The notes below the pieces were generated by a model that did no database searches, was not told the DNA's origin, and worked only from the letters and a program-made list of their open reading frames with translations. Shown here piece by piece: positions 1 through 9,570 of a DNA stretch of 20,000 bases; the stretch's first letter is position 1, and each line of letters opens with the position of its first letter. Made by a program: the position numbers and the translations under genes. The stretch covers positions 106,819 to 126,818 of the forward strand of contig JAHBMJ010000532.1 of NCBI GenBank assembly GCA_018398765.1, given 5' to 3'. The stretch comes from Chromera velia. Lineage: Eukaryota.

Positions 1-879
1 GGTCAATTCCTTTCAGTGTTTCCTCGATTATGTGTATAGAGAAAGTGGATGAGAAGGAGGGGGGAAGGCCAGACCAACAGGTGTAGGCGGAAGACCAGGA
101 CCGTCGAAGACCCCTGCCCAGAACTGAGTGAAAGAAGATGCAGCGGGTTTATTATCCCCTCCCCTCTGTGTTTTGATTTTCCTGTTCCATTGCCAAACTT
201 TCGAGGGGTCAACTGCTGCTTCTCTAGCTAGCCTCTCTGCTGTCTGTTGCTTGAGCTTACTCCTTTTTGCTGCAAACAGTCGTGCTTTTTCCCTTCTCAG
301 TTTGACATATTCTTTTTGCAGAGGGTGAGAAGGGTTTGGAACATGTCTTGCCTTTTCCTCTGCCTCCTTCACCTTCAAATGAATCAGGCGGCATTGAAGG
401 TCCCACCAAGCCTGACGGGTGCTCTGCTTTCTCCCAGACTGTCTTCTTTTCTTGGATGCCTTTCCCCCGTCTACTACTGCACCCACTTTACTGTCTGCCA
501 GCCTTTCTTCCCAGGAAAGACCCAACTGTTCCAATTGGTCAAGATAAGAAGCCTTGCTGAGAGAGTTGGGGAGGGGAGCATTCTGAGGGGGAGGTGGTTG
601 TGGAGGAAGGGGTGGTGGGTCAGGGGGAGGTGGGATATTAAGGGGAATAACTTGACCTCCTTCATGCAGTTCGTTTACCCCTCTGTCAAACAGGCCAGGA
701 AAAACCGTCTCAGAAAACGGCAGGACCGCTCTGGCGAGAGGAATCATTTTATCATCAGTCACCGGGGAAGTTCTATTAACAGTGAGGAGAGGGGGGAGAA
801 AAGAGAAATTCTTTTTGCCCGTGGGGGCATGCGGAGGATCAGAAGATATAGGGGGAGGAGATGAATCAAGAAAAAAAGA

Positions 880-1805
880 AAGAGAAACAACAACATGTTG
901 AGGGGCAAAGTCAGCTTCCAGGTTTGAAGTGGTAGAGGACCAGGCTGTCAAAAGAAAAGGACCTACAAAAAAGTGATCAATCGCTGTTGTTTCTTCTCCT
1001 GCTTTAAAAAAGGTGCATGGGCCCGGAAAGGAGACATCAACACCAGCCTCTCACATTTCAAGGATAGGCCGTGGAGAGGAATTAAGTTAGAGCGTTCACA
1101 AAGACGGATCAGCCAATTTCCTTGCTTGTCAGGTTGACTGCCATGGCTGCAGGCTGAGAATCGAGAGGGCTTGCAAGCATCAACTTCGTTCTCTTTTCTG
1201 CTTTCATCACTGGGACATAACATTCTTTCCCAAGTCAGCCCTTCCGGCACCCGAGTCCCCAGCTTGCCGTTCATGTCCCCAACCAGGATACGCAAATCCT
1301 CGAGAGGTACCTGACATAGTGCATCGATCACACCCTCTCTCTCTCTGTCTCTTTGCTCCCTGTCTCTCTGTCTCAGGTCAGACCCTCTAGGTAGAAAGTA
1401 CACACCAAAGACATGGAGGACTCTCGTGGCTGACCCCCCCCCTTCTGAGGGAGAAGGCACATTCACTGACAGACGGACCACATTTTGACCTACCAGCTCC
1501 CACCTTGGCTGCAGTTCATGAACTAAAGAATTCCTGACTAGGATGCATACACCTCCTGTCCTTGCTTCCCCGATGGTTGCGGCTTTCCTTCTCGACCCTT
1601 CCACTTTGATTTTCCTTCTCAACCACTCAAAGTGATCGAAATTATGCCCTGTGTGAGTGGATGTTCTTACGGGCATGGAAGGGCACTTCGTTTCCGTCAA
1701 CACCACAATGTCTGCCTGGCAAGCGGCCAGCCACTGCTCGAGAGCCTTGCTTTGTATGCGTGACCCCAGCCCCCCCACATTTACCGTTTTTATTGTGAGT
1801 TTCCT
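880..1805 (-). other. APE-type (exonuclease/endonuclease/phosphatase family) endonuclease domain of the LINE
   Basis: Motifs in canonical order: TVNVGGL, DIVVLTETK, GGVCILVR, VFGVYF, ILVGDMN, QGNWLIRLC...NL, then after the frameshift TF...AIDHFFV and PQH (where SDH is canonical). Confidence 0.92.
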
Positions 1806-1995
1806 TCTTCCTGAAGCCATGAGACCAGACCTTACATCGTAAGAAGGAGAGAAAACATTGTGGGAGGATGAGGATGCAGAAGAAAAGAGAAGGGAGGGGG
1901 GGGACGGCTGAAAGACCCATTGAGGGATTGAAGAGGTTGCGGAGGGGCGCGCCGGTGGGGCAGAAGCAGAAGCATATGCAGAAGCCGAAGCAAAA

Positions 1996-2043
1996 GAGGA
2001 AGAAGAAAAAGAAACAGAAGCAGAAGAAGCAGAAGAACAAGAA

Positions 2044-2078
<35 letters not shown>

Positions 2079-2167
2079 AGAAGAAGAAAAAGAAGAAGAA
2101 GAAGAAGAAGAAGAAGAGGAGGAGGATGAAAAAGAAGGAGAAGAAGAGGAGGAGGAGGAGGAGGAGG
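1996..2167. repeat. (GAA/GAG)n trinucleotide tract encoding an in-frame poly-Ser linker on the minus strand
   Basis: Visible GAA/GAG runs that translate as SSSS... in ORF 963-2402. Confidence 0.9.
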
Positions 2168-4490
2168 ACGACGACACTGCAACCGGAGGGGGGGGAAGGT
2201 TGGAAGGAGAACCTGCATGACGCTTTTGTCGGTCTGAAGCTTCACACTTTCTGAGTCTGCATGCTTCCCTGCAACCGGCCCAGAAGGCACACACCAGACG
2301 CTTCTCGTCTTTCTTTAGTTGATCTGCGCTTATCCATGCGAAGTCGGAAGCACCCCTCCTCCAAAAATCATATTCTCTTCTCTTTCCCTTTCTGCCCCTC
2401 ACTGCACGAATTCTTGCAGCAGAGTGTGAGCCTCCATGTATGAGGGCTCGGTCCTCCTCATCCCTGTCATCAGAAGATCTAGAAGAAGAGAAGGAAGAAT
2501 CAGAGACAGAAGAAGAGGAAGAGGGGGAAGGCGAGGACAGAAAATCACGCTCATGTCTCCTCCTACGGCGTTCTCTTTCTTGTTGTCTGTCCTCATGCAG
2601 CTTTCATCGAGGGGCGGATATGAAATTCTTTCCATTTAGGGGGTTATTGCAGCACCCTTTTTCAAGACAGTTGCAATCGACGCAGGGTCTAGCTGGGAGA
2701 AATTCCAACCCTCTAGCGCATGAGCATCTGGATGACAGACGACATCCGCCTGCTGAAGCCTTGCAGTTACAACATCTCCCTTTATGGTTTCCCCCCCGTC
2801 TGTTATGGCCCTGCTTGTCGGGCTTTTCCCTGCCATTCTCTCTCTTTTCATTTCTCTCCTTTGCATCATATCTTTCCCTCTCTTTACTTTTCTCTCCGTC
2901 CCCCAATTTGCTACCTGAGGCTTGTCTGTACGACTGCTGCTCCCCCTGTCCACATTCTCTGTGCGGGGGGGGTAGGAAAGAAAAAGCAGAACGAGAACGG
3001 ATGGGTGGAGGGAGAGGGAGAGAGGAAGCTGAGGAGAAGAAAGAAGCACCATGAGGAACACCGTAACTCGGTCCGCAGGCCGCTTGAACAACAGGCAGAG
3101 AGGACAGAGAGGAGCAAAAAGGAGGGGGTGCTACTGGAGGTGGAGTGAGGGGAAAAGGAAGTGAGACAGGTGGAGAAGGAGCAGGAACAGCAAAGTGAGG
3201 AGGAGGAGGAGGAGGTTCAGGAGGGGGACGAGGAGCCTCCGGGGAAGGAGGCAGAGGGGGAGGTGGCGGGGGGGGAAGAAAATGAGATGGGGAAGGGGAA
3301 AGCAATGGAGGCGAGCAGAGGGTTGGGGCGGAGGGTTGAACAGAACCATGACAAGAATCCATGGATACAAAAGAAGGGGGGAGGATAACAGATGAGGACC
3401 GACCAAAAACAAACTGAGAGGCAACAGGGAGAGAGAGGCATGGAGGAAAACATGTATATGGAAAAGATGCATCATACAGTAAACACGTACGGTTAATTCG
3501 TTGCTGCCTATCTAGATTCTTCCTTGTCCGTGCCCTTCTTCTGCTCTTATTAGACCTTCTTCTCATCTTTTCCCTCTGTGTCTGCCTCTTCTTCCGTGAA
3601 GTTTCCCCTCGAGAGTGAGGGAAGAAGGAAACACACTGAGAGGGCCGTCTGCCTAATGTATCTGTACAAAGCTTTTCTGCGAACTCATCTGTTTCTGCCT
3701 GAAGTGCGCTCCATCTGTTGGTGCTCATCGTCTGTCTAACTGCATGCCTTTCTGCCTTCCAAGAACGAACCCTCCCCTTTCCTTTCTGCACAGTTTTCCA
3801 TACCTCCGGCTCAGGAATTCCAGCAAAGGCCTGGTCAGCACAAGGCAACCCGTCCTATCTGGGGCAAAATCCAGGAGGGGGGGGCATCGAGCAAAGGGGG
3901 GGGAAATCCATATCCGCTCGAGGGTCATTTTCGGCATGTTCTTCTTTCCCTGCACAGAGAGGGAAGGAGAGAGAGCGGGCCGGAATGAGTTCATATAAGA
4001 GAGCGGGCTGCCTCTCTACCTTTCTATCCAACCTTCTTCTCAGCGATAAAATTGACTCCGTCTGTGTATCTCAGACTGGCTGACTAAGTCTTCTTTTTGT
4101 GAGGGGTGTGAGGGCGGAGGAGAGATCATTTCCTTTCTGTCGATTCATTTCTCTGCATGCCAAAAAGTGTCCTTGCATCAGGCTATCTATTCCGCCACCT
4201 ACTTGGCTGTCTGTGTCTGTTTCCCTTTCTGTCTGACTGACAGTGTCGGAAACGGTTGACAAAAGCACAGGAGAATCGACCCACCGGGCCCGCTCCTCCC
4301 CAATCTCTGGTTGATGTGCGCGACATAGTTGGCAAGGAGGAGCTTTGCCCTCTCTTGGTTTCCGGTCCCGAGCCAGTTACAACTTGTTCAAATCGAGGGG
4401 ACCGGGTTTGGAGGGGGGCTGCTGGGGAGGCAAAGCCGAGGCAGGCAGGCAGACAGGCAACACGCTTCTCTCATGGAGGGGGTGGCCTCT

Positions 4491-4595
4491 CGCGTCATCG
4501 GCAGGCTATAGAGATGGGCAGAGGGACTGGGGTAACGAGTCGTCGGCAGGCTGGAGGGATGGGCAGAGGGACAGGGGTAATGAGTCGTCGGCAGG
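4491..4595. repeat. 45-bp imperfect tandem repeat, about 2.3 copies, inside the LINE
   Basis: Unit cgagtcgtcggcaggctggagggatgggcagagggacaggggtaa at 4536-4580, a diverged copy at 4491-4535 and a partial copy from 4581. Confidence 0.9.
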
Positions 4596-5061
4596 AGCTA
4601 GAGCAGGAGGGAGAAATTAGTTTGGGTGAGGTAGGGGCTCTTTGATTGGCAGGAGCCCCCGAGACTGCCGCATTGCAGGATGAGATGATCTGCAGAGAGA
4701 AAAGGTCCTGCCGCCTTTCCTCCCCTGAGGGTAGTTCAATGCCGGGGGGGCCGCGCCCCCCCGTCCCCTTCCCCCGATTCCCCCCCCTTCAGTCCATTGA
4801 TGTGCATAAGGCTCTGTACAACAGAGGCATCTGTTCCCGATGAACCTGTTCCCATAGATACATCGGTGGGCGGGGAGGCCTGAGAGGGCTGCTGTTCTAA
4901 TGATCTCGGGAAGAACGTGACTTGCCCCATCGCGCACCCCTCTGCTCTGGAGTGTGTGCTCTTCATCTCATCCTCTTCAGCTGCGGGCCCCCCTTCCCAC
5001 CCGTCAGCCCCGAACAACCCAGAGCGAGGGGCCCCCCTAGGCACCTCCCCGAAGCCACCTT

Positions 5062-6315
5062 TCATCGGGATGCACTCACCCCCGAACTTCGACGGAGCAC
5101 GTTGGTCTTTCTCGACCGTGCCCGGATTCCCTCCGAACCCCCTTGCCCCACGTTTCGGCGCACCCGGCCTGTCCGCTCTAGCAGGCTCTGGGGATAGACT
5201 GTCTTCGGCGAAACCGGGGGACCTCCAACTACCCTTGAGAACGGGGTCCCTACCCCTGCCCAGGCCTCTCTTTCATCATTCCCATCCCTCTCTCCCCTGT
5301 CTGGCAGACCGGTCTGCCACTCCTGCAGAAACTCGTAGAGACGACGGGTGACGACTTTCTCCCCCTTGAGCCCCTTGGTTGCAGCATTCCAATCCTGGTA
5401 GACCTGGGCGTATTTGGAGATGAGGGCTTGTTGGGCGAAGGAGGCCTCCCCCCCCGCCTCCGCATCGAGGGCTTTCTACACCCGCACGAAGAGACGGAAC
5501 AGTGGGGTGGTACCCCGATGGATGAAGACCCTCCCCGTGGATGCCCTCTCGTCCGTTGAGAGGGAACTGGAGTCTGCGGGGGGCCAGAAGATCGATCCAT
5601 CCCTATTCACTCCCTCCCTCTCCTTCACCGAATCCACTATATCCATCTAGTCCCCCCGATCACCGGAATCCAGAGTGATCTCGGCCTTGTGTCCCCCGTC
5701 TCTCTCTGTTCAGTACCTGAAGTGACGGATCTGGAGTTGCTGGGAGACCTGGGAGGGGTTCTCCTTTCCGGCGGCCTCGGCCAGATCGGAGAAGAACAAA
5801 CGAACGGGGGTAAAGGACGAGAAGTGCTTCCTCTGTTGAGGGAAAGCGACCTGCTTCACCCATCTTCCGTTTCCGTCAAGCACTTCTTTCTTCCTTTCAT
5901 TCTCATAATCTATGATAGAGGCGACCGTGACCGCAGTGCATTGGGAGAAGTCGAAACCACAAATGATGAGATCACCGATCTTTCTTTCTCTCGCCTTGAA
6001 CTGATCATCAATCATACGACCCGTCTCTCTCTTCTCAAGTTTGGAGATCCTCGTCTCCGCTCTCTGGATTTTCTTGCCCTGCCCTTAGACTTCGTTGTTT
6101 AACTTATCCTGATTTTCCTTCGACTTTCTTTCTCTCTCGTCCATTTTCTTTTCCATTCTTTGTTGAGACCGGAAAATATCTTTCAGCGTAACCTCGGCAT
6201 CATCAGACGCGTCCGCGTGCCCTGCCCCGCGCCCATCCTCCCCCCCGGGCTTGCTTTGGTCTCCAGCCTCCTGCTGGGCCTCTTGGGCACTTCCACTTCC
6301 CTCTGGATCTGCCAT
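5062..6315 (-). pseudogene. LINE ORF1-like protein (coiled coil plus RRM-like region), disrupted
   Basis: ORFs 6085-6315 and 5710-6015 share a frame that reads on through stops at 6085 (TAA), 5710 (TGA), 5647 (TAG) and 5476 (TAG) to TGA at 5062. The heptad-like KKIQRAETRISKLEK, then RKIGDLIICG and later GRVFIHRGTTP, resemble L1 ORF1p motifs (RISELED / NxxIxG / IFIxxDLT). Confidence 0.65.
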
Positions 6316-7190
6316 CCCTACGGGAGGAAAGAGTTCGAGAAGAAGAGACGGAGACGGAAGAAGTCAAATAACGAGAACTCCGCCCACAGCCAGGCCCACA
6401 GTTCACTCCTGAATACGAGAAAACGATCACTGAGAATTCACTGGCAAACTGGTTGCCGCTGTAGCTGCAGGAGCTTTGTAGAAGCTCAGAAGAAGAAGAA
6501 GAAGAACACTCAGCAGCGAAGAAAAAAAAAAAAAATAAATAAAGCGAAGAAATAAATATTTTTTATATTCAAAGGTAATATCCAGAGCTAGCCTGGCAAC
6601 TCGAGTCATTTAGTGAGTCATTCAGACTCATTCTGGAATCATCGAACCAAGTCGGATCAAGTCGGGCTAGAAGTCGGGCCAATAGAATAGTGTTTGAACA
6701 GATGCGATCTCTTGCGATCTCCACTGAAACCATATCCGCCACTTAAACATGATCGATCTTTCCGCCTCTCGATCCATGTTTCATGATGTTAATACAAGGG
6801 TTGGACGACGTTTACTCTGACTCGACTGGCAGAATCGAACTTGAAAGGACGGCACAGGCTCCTTTAAAACACCAGCCTCTTTCCTCTCTATATGCACACA
6901 AATGCTCGAAGCCTGGAATAGAACACTCATGAACGAACAAACGGCCCTTCATGATCACCGGCAGCGGTTGCAAGAAACGAAGAACCTCTACAGATTCATT
7001 ACGTTGGTTGACCCCTTCAATGCATTCCATTCTGCTCGACCGCAGCCCTTCAGAACAGGGAGATGAGAGAAGACCAACACCCTGCTGCACGTGAATTCGC
7101 TCTGTCTTCTTTCTCTTTTTGTATACACACGCCCTCCAACAAACTGCCCTCCCATCGTCTTTCTGAGGCTGATGGAAAGAATGCATGGCT

Positions 7191-7293
7191 TTGATTCACC
7201 TCGATCCAGGCAGATTCTTCCGACCCATCTCCGTCCTCTCCCTTGATTCACCTCCAGGCAGATTCTTCCGTTGATTCACCTCCGTCCTCTCCC
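7191..7293. repeat. Short mosaic direct-repeat cluster
   Basis: ttgattcacctc x3, caggcagattcttccg x2 and ctccgtcctctccc x2, interleaved. Confidence 0.8.
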
Positions 7294-8113
7294 TCTTCTC
7301 TACAGTTCTGTCTACCTATTTGTTTTTCTGTCTTCTCTTCTTTTGTCGCTTCTCTTCAGCATCAACACAGACACCAACGCGAAAGAGAAAAAGGAGTCAT
7401 GCAATGGAAAGAAAGCCAAGACGAGACGCTGCTTTTCCATCCGAGCTTTCCCTTCCCACACGGCACAGACAGACAGACAGACAGCCAAGATGGCATGCAC
7501 TGAAGAGGAACGGAATGCGGATCCATTGCACAACAAACAGAAAAGAAGGGGTGTGCTCTTTTGGACAAATCAAGAACGATCCACAGGGAGTATCAACAAC
7601 GAGTCAGAAAAGGGAAGAGAACGGTCGCCTTGCATTCAATTTTTCCCTCCTTCTCCTCTCAACCTGTCCACCCTCTCTTTCTCTCAATGCCCCTCCTGCA
7701 AGACAATGCTCCCCCCCTCGCCTCTGATGCACACGCCTTCAAATAAACAACACCTTCAACCGAGGATGGAGGAGTCTACAAAGCATGCATACAAGCACCA
7801 ACAGATACATGCAGAGACAGGCACAACGAATCGCTCCCCGGGTCTGCTTTGCTTCGCTCCCAGAAAGCCAACCGATGGAAGAACAGGTGACGCGCCCTCC
7901 CCCTCCTCATGCAACCAAGAAAGGGTGACAGATCATTCAATTTGGCTGGCGGTCTGTTGCTCCTATCCATGACCGCCTGCCTGACCGACCGACCAAACAA
8001 CTCAGTGGGTGACGCCGCCCACTCCCCCCCTCTGTTGCTGGATTGATCGACGGATGCTTCATCGATCAGTCACACACAACCTCGATCAGTTGCTCAGTCA
8101 CCCAGTCTGTCAC

Positions 8114-8893
8114 TTAGGCGCTCTCCTGCACCCCCATTCTCTGCTTCTTTGCATCTCTGCCCTCACACTCGTCAGAGGTCGTCTGTGCGCTCACGGTCTC
8201 AGACGCCAGACGCTTCTGCTGCTGTTGGGTGCCTGCTTTCAATGGGAGGGACAAAGAAAGAAGGAAACAGGCAAAGAAAGAACAACTATGCAGCAGAGAC
8301 ATGCATACACGAAACGGAACGCTTGACAAAACCCAACACACACAGAAAAAAATGCGGAAAGAACAATTGGAGGAACAAACAAATCACACGAAATGAGTCA
8401 TGACATCCGACGAGCGAGCCAACGCACAGTCCCTCCCTCAAACTCTCCTTCCAATGGACAAACAAAGAAAGTGCTGGAGAGGAGCGACAGACGCGATCTC
8501 AGCACAGCGTGCAGAATGACCTCGAAAAGAAAAAAGAAAGCGGGAGCTTTCAATGTCAAGACAAAAAAAAAGAGAGCTTCTTACCAGAAGGCGCAGCATC
8601 AGCAGCAGGGGGAACGGCACCCTCGACGTCCTCTTCATCTTCTGCACACAACGACAGACACATTCACAGAGACAGAAAGAAAGAGAGAGGGAGAGAGGAC
8701 GATGAAGAAGATACATACAGGAATAAACTTATGCAATGAGGAAAGAAGGCACGGCGCCAGAGAAGGACCGGCAGCCGCGCGCACGATAGAAGGCTCTCCA
8801 CTCCATCCCATTCCATTGCATTAAACAGAAAGACAGACAGAAGGGCAGACACACTCTAAAGACAAAGAAGGGACGTCCCCTAGGAAGGGACCA

Positions 8894-8930
<37 letters not shown>

Positions 8931-9529
8931 TCATTCTGCCTGTCGAGCTGTCTCTCTGTGGGGGCTTCTTTCTGTACCCTCTCTTGTCTTCTGTTGCTCC
9001 CGCTCCACCCACCCTCCCCGGGGGCTTACCGTCGAAGTCCTCTTCTTCTTCGTCCTCCTCCCCGTGTGCTCCTGCCTCGAAGTCGTCGTCCTCTCCGTCG
9101 TCCTCCTCTTCTCCACCCTCACCTTGGTAGTTCTGCAGGGCACAATCAGGGAGAGAGGGAGAAGGAATTTATACATAGATAGAAGGGAGGGAGGAAGGAG
9201 AGAAATGAGAGCGCAAAAAAAGGAAGGGACCGAGTGAGAAACCTCTACAAGATTCTTCTCTTCATGCAAGGGGAAGCACAAATGACATGGCGCAAGATGG
9301 AAGACACTCAAGGAGAAGCACTGACCCTCTAAACGACAAGAGAGCGAAAGCGAAGGAAAAGAAGACGGAAGGAAGGTCAACCGGTATACGACGAGACAAT
9401 TCAACAGAGAGAAGACAGGAGACAAAGACACAAGAAAGAAAAAACAGGATTGAAGTTCAAGGGGGAATGAGTAGACAGGAGATGCCAGTCTAGCTACTTC
9501 TGCGGAGGCATTCAACAGTAATACTTACA

Positions 9530-9570
<41 letters not shown>

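Larger units (their letters stand above)
1..4619 (-). pseudogene. LINE ORF2-like polyprotein pseudogene: low-complexity N-terminus, CXC cluster, chromodomain-like module, poly-Ser, APE endonuclease, linker, start of RT
   Basis: ORFs 4071-4268, 2604-3848 and 963-2402 share one frame, interrupted by isolated stops (4617, 4506, 4377, 4071, 3855, 2604). A frameshift near 1050 joins the 28-951 frame and restores CTFFKAGEETTAIDHFFV. A second frameshift near 45 leads into IIEETLKGID. The true start is uncertain. Confidence 0.75.
1..6500 (-). mobile_element. Decayed non-LTR retrotransposon (LINE, APE-type). 5' part only; RT and 3' end lie left of the window; 5' boundary approximate
   Basis: Collinear minus-strand modules: ORF1-like region from ATG 6315 (coiled coil IQRAETRISKLE then RKIGDLIICGF), APE endonuclease motifs at ~880-1805, ORF2 linker motifs (DPSKVWQW, FTQFWAGVF), and the start of an RT-like segment (FSIHIIEETLKGID) at 1-45. 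About ten in-frame stops and at least two frameshifts. Confidence 0.9.

Noticed and set aside
1868..2254. Poly-Lys/Arg ORF on the plus strand, and the poly-Leu ORF at 1832-2290
   Set aside because: Alternative-frame readings of the GAA tract that encodes the poly-Ser linker.
963..2402. Host AP endonuclease/exonuclease III gene
   Set aside because: It is intronless in an intron-rich genome, is disrupted, and is flanked by ORF1-like and linker/RT-like sequence, so a retroelement origin fits better.
2604..6087. Stop-codon reassignment or programmed readthrough explaining the in-frame stops
   Set aside because: All three stop types occur along with frameshifts, a repeat copy shows CAG versus TAG, and the neighbouring host genes read cleanly in the standard code.
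6800..8100. ORFs 6812-7186 (-) and 7271-7972 (+)
   Set aside because: No recognisable motifs, and the microsatellite-like composition fits ANP32 3' UTR or intergenic DNA.
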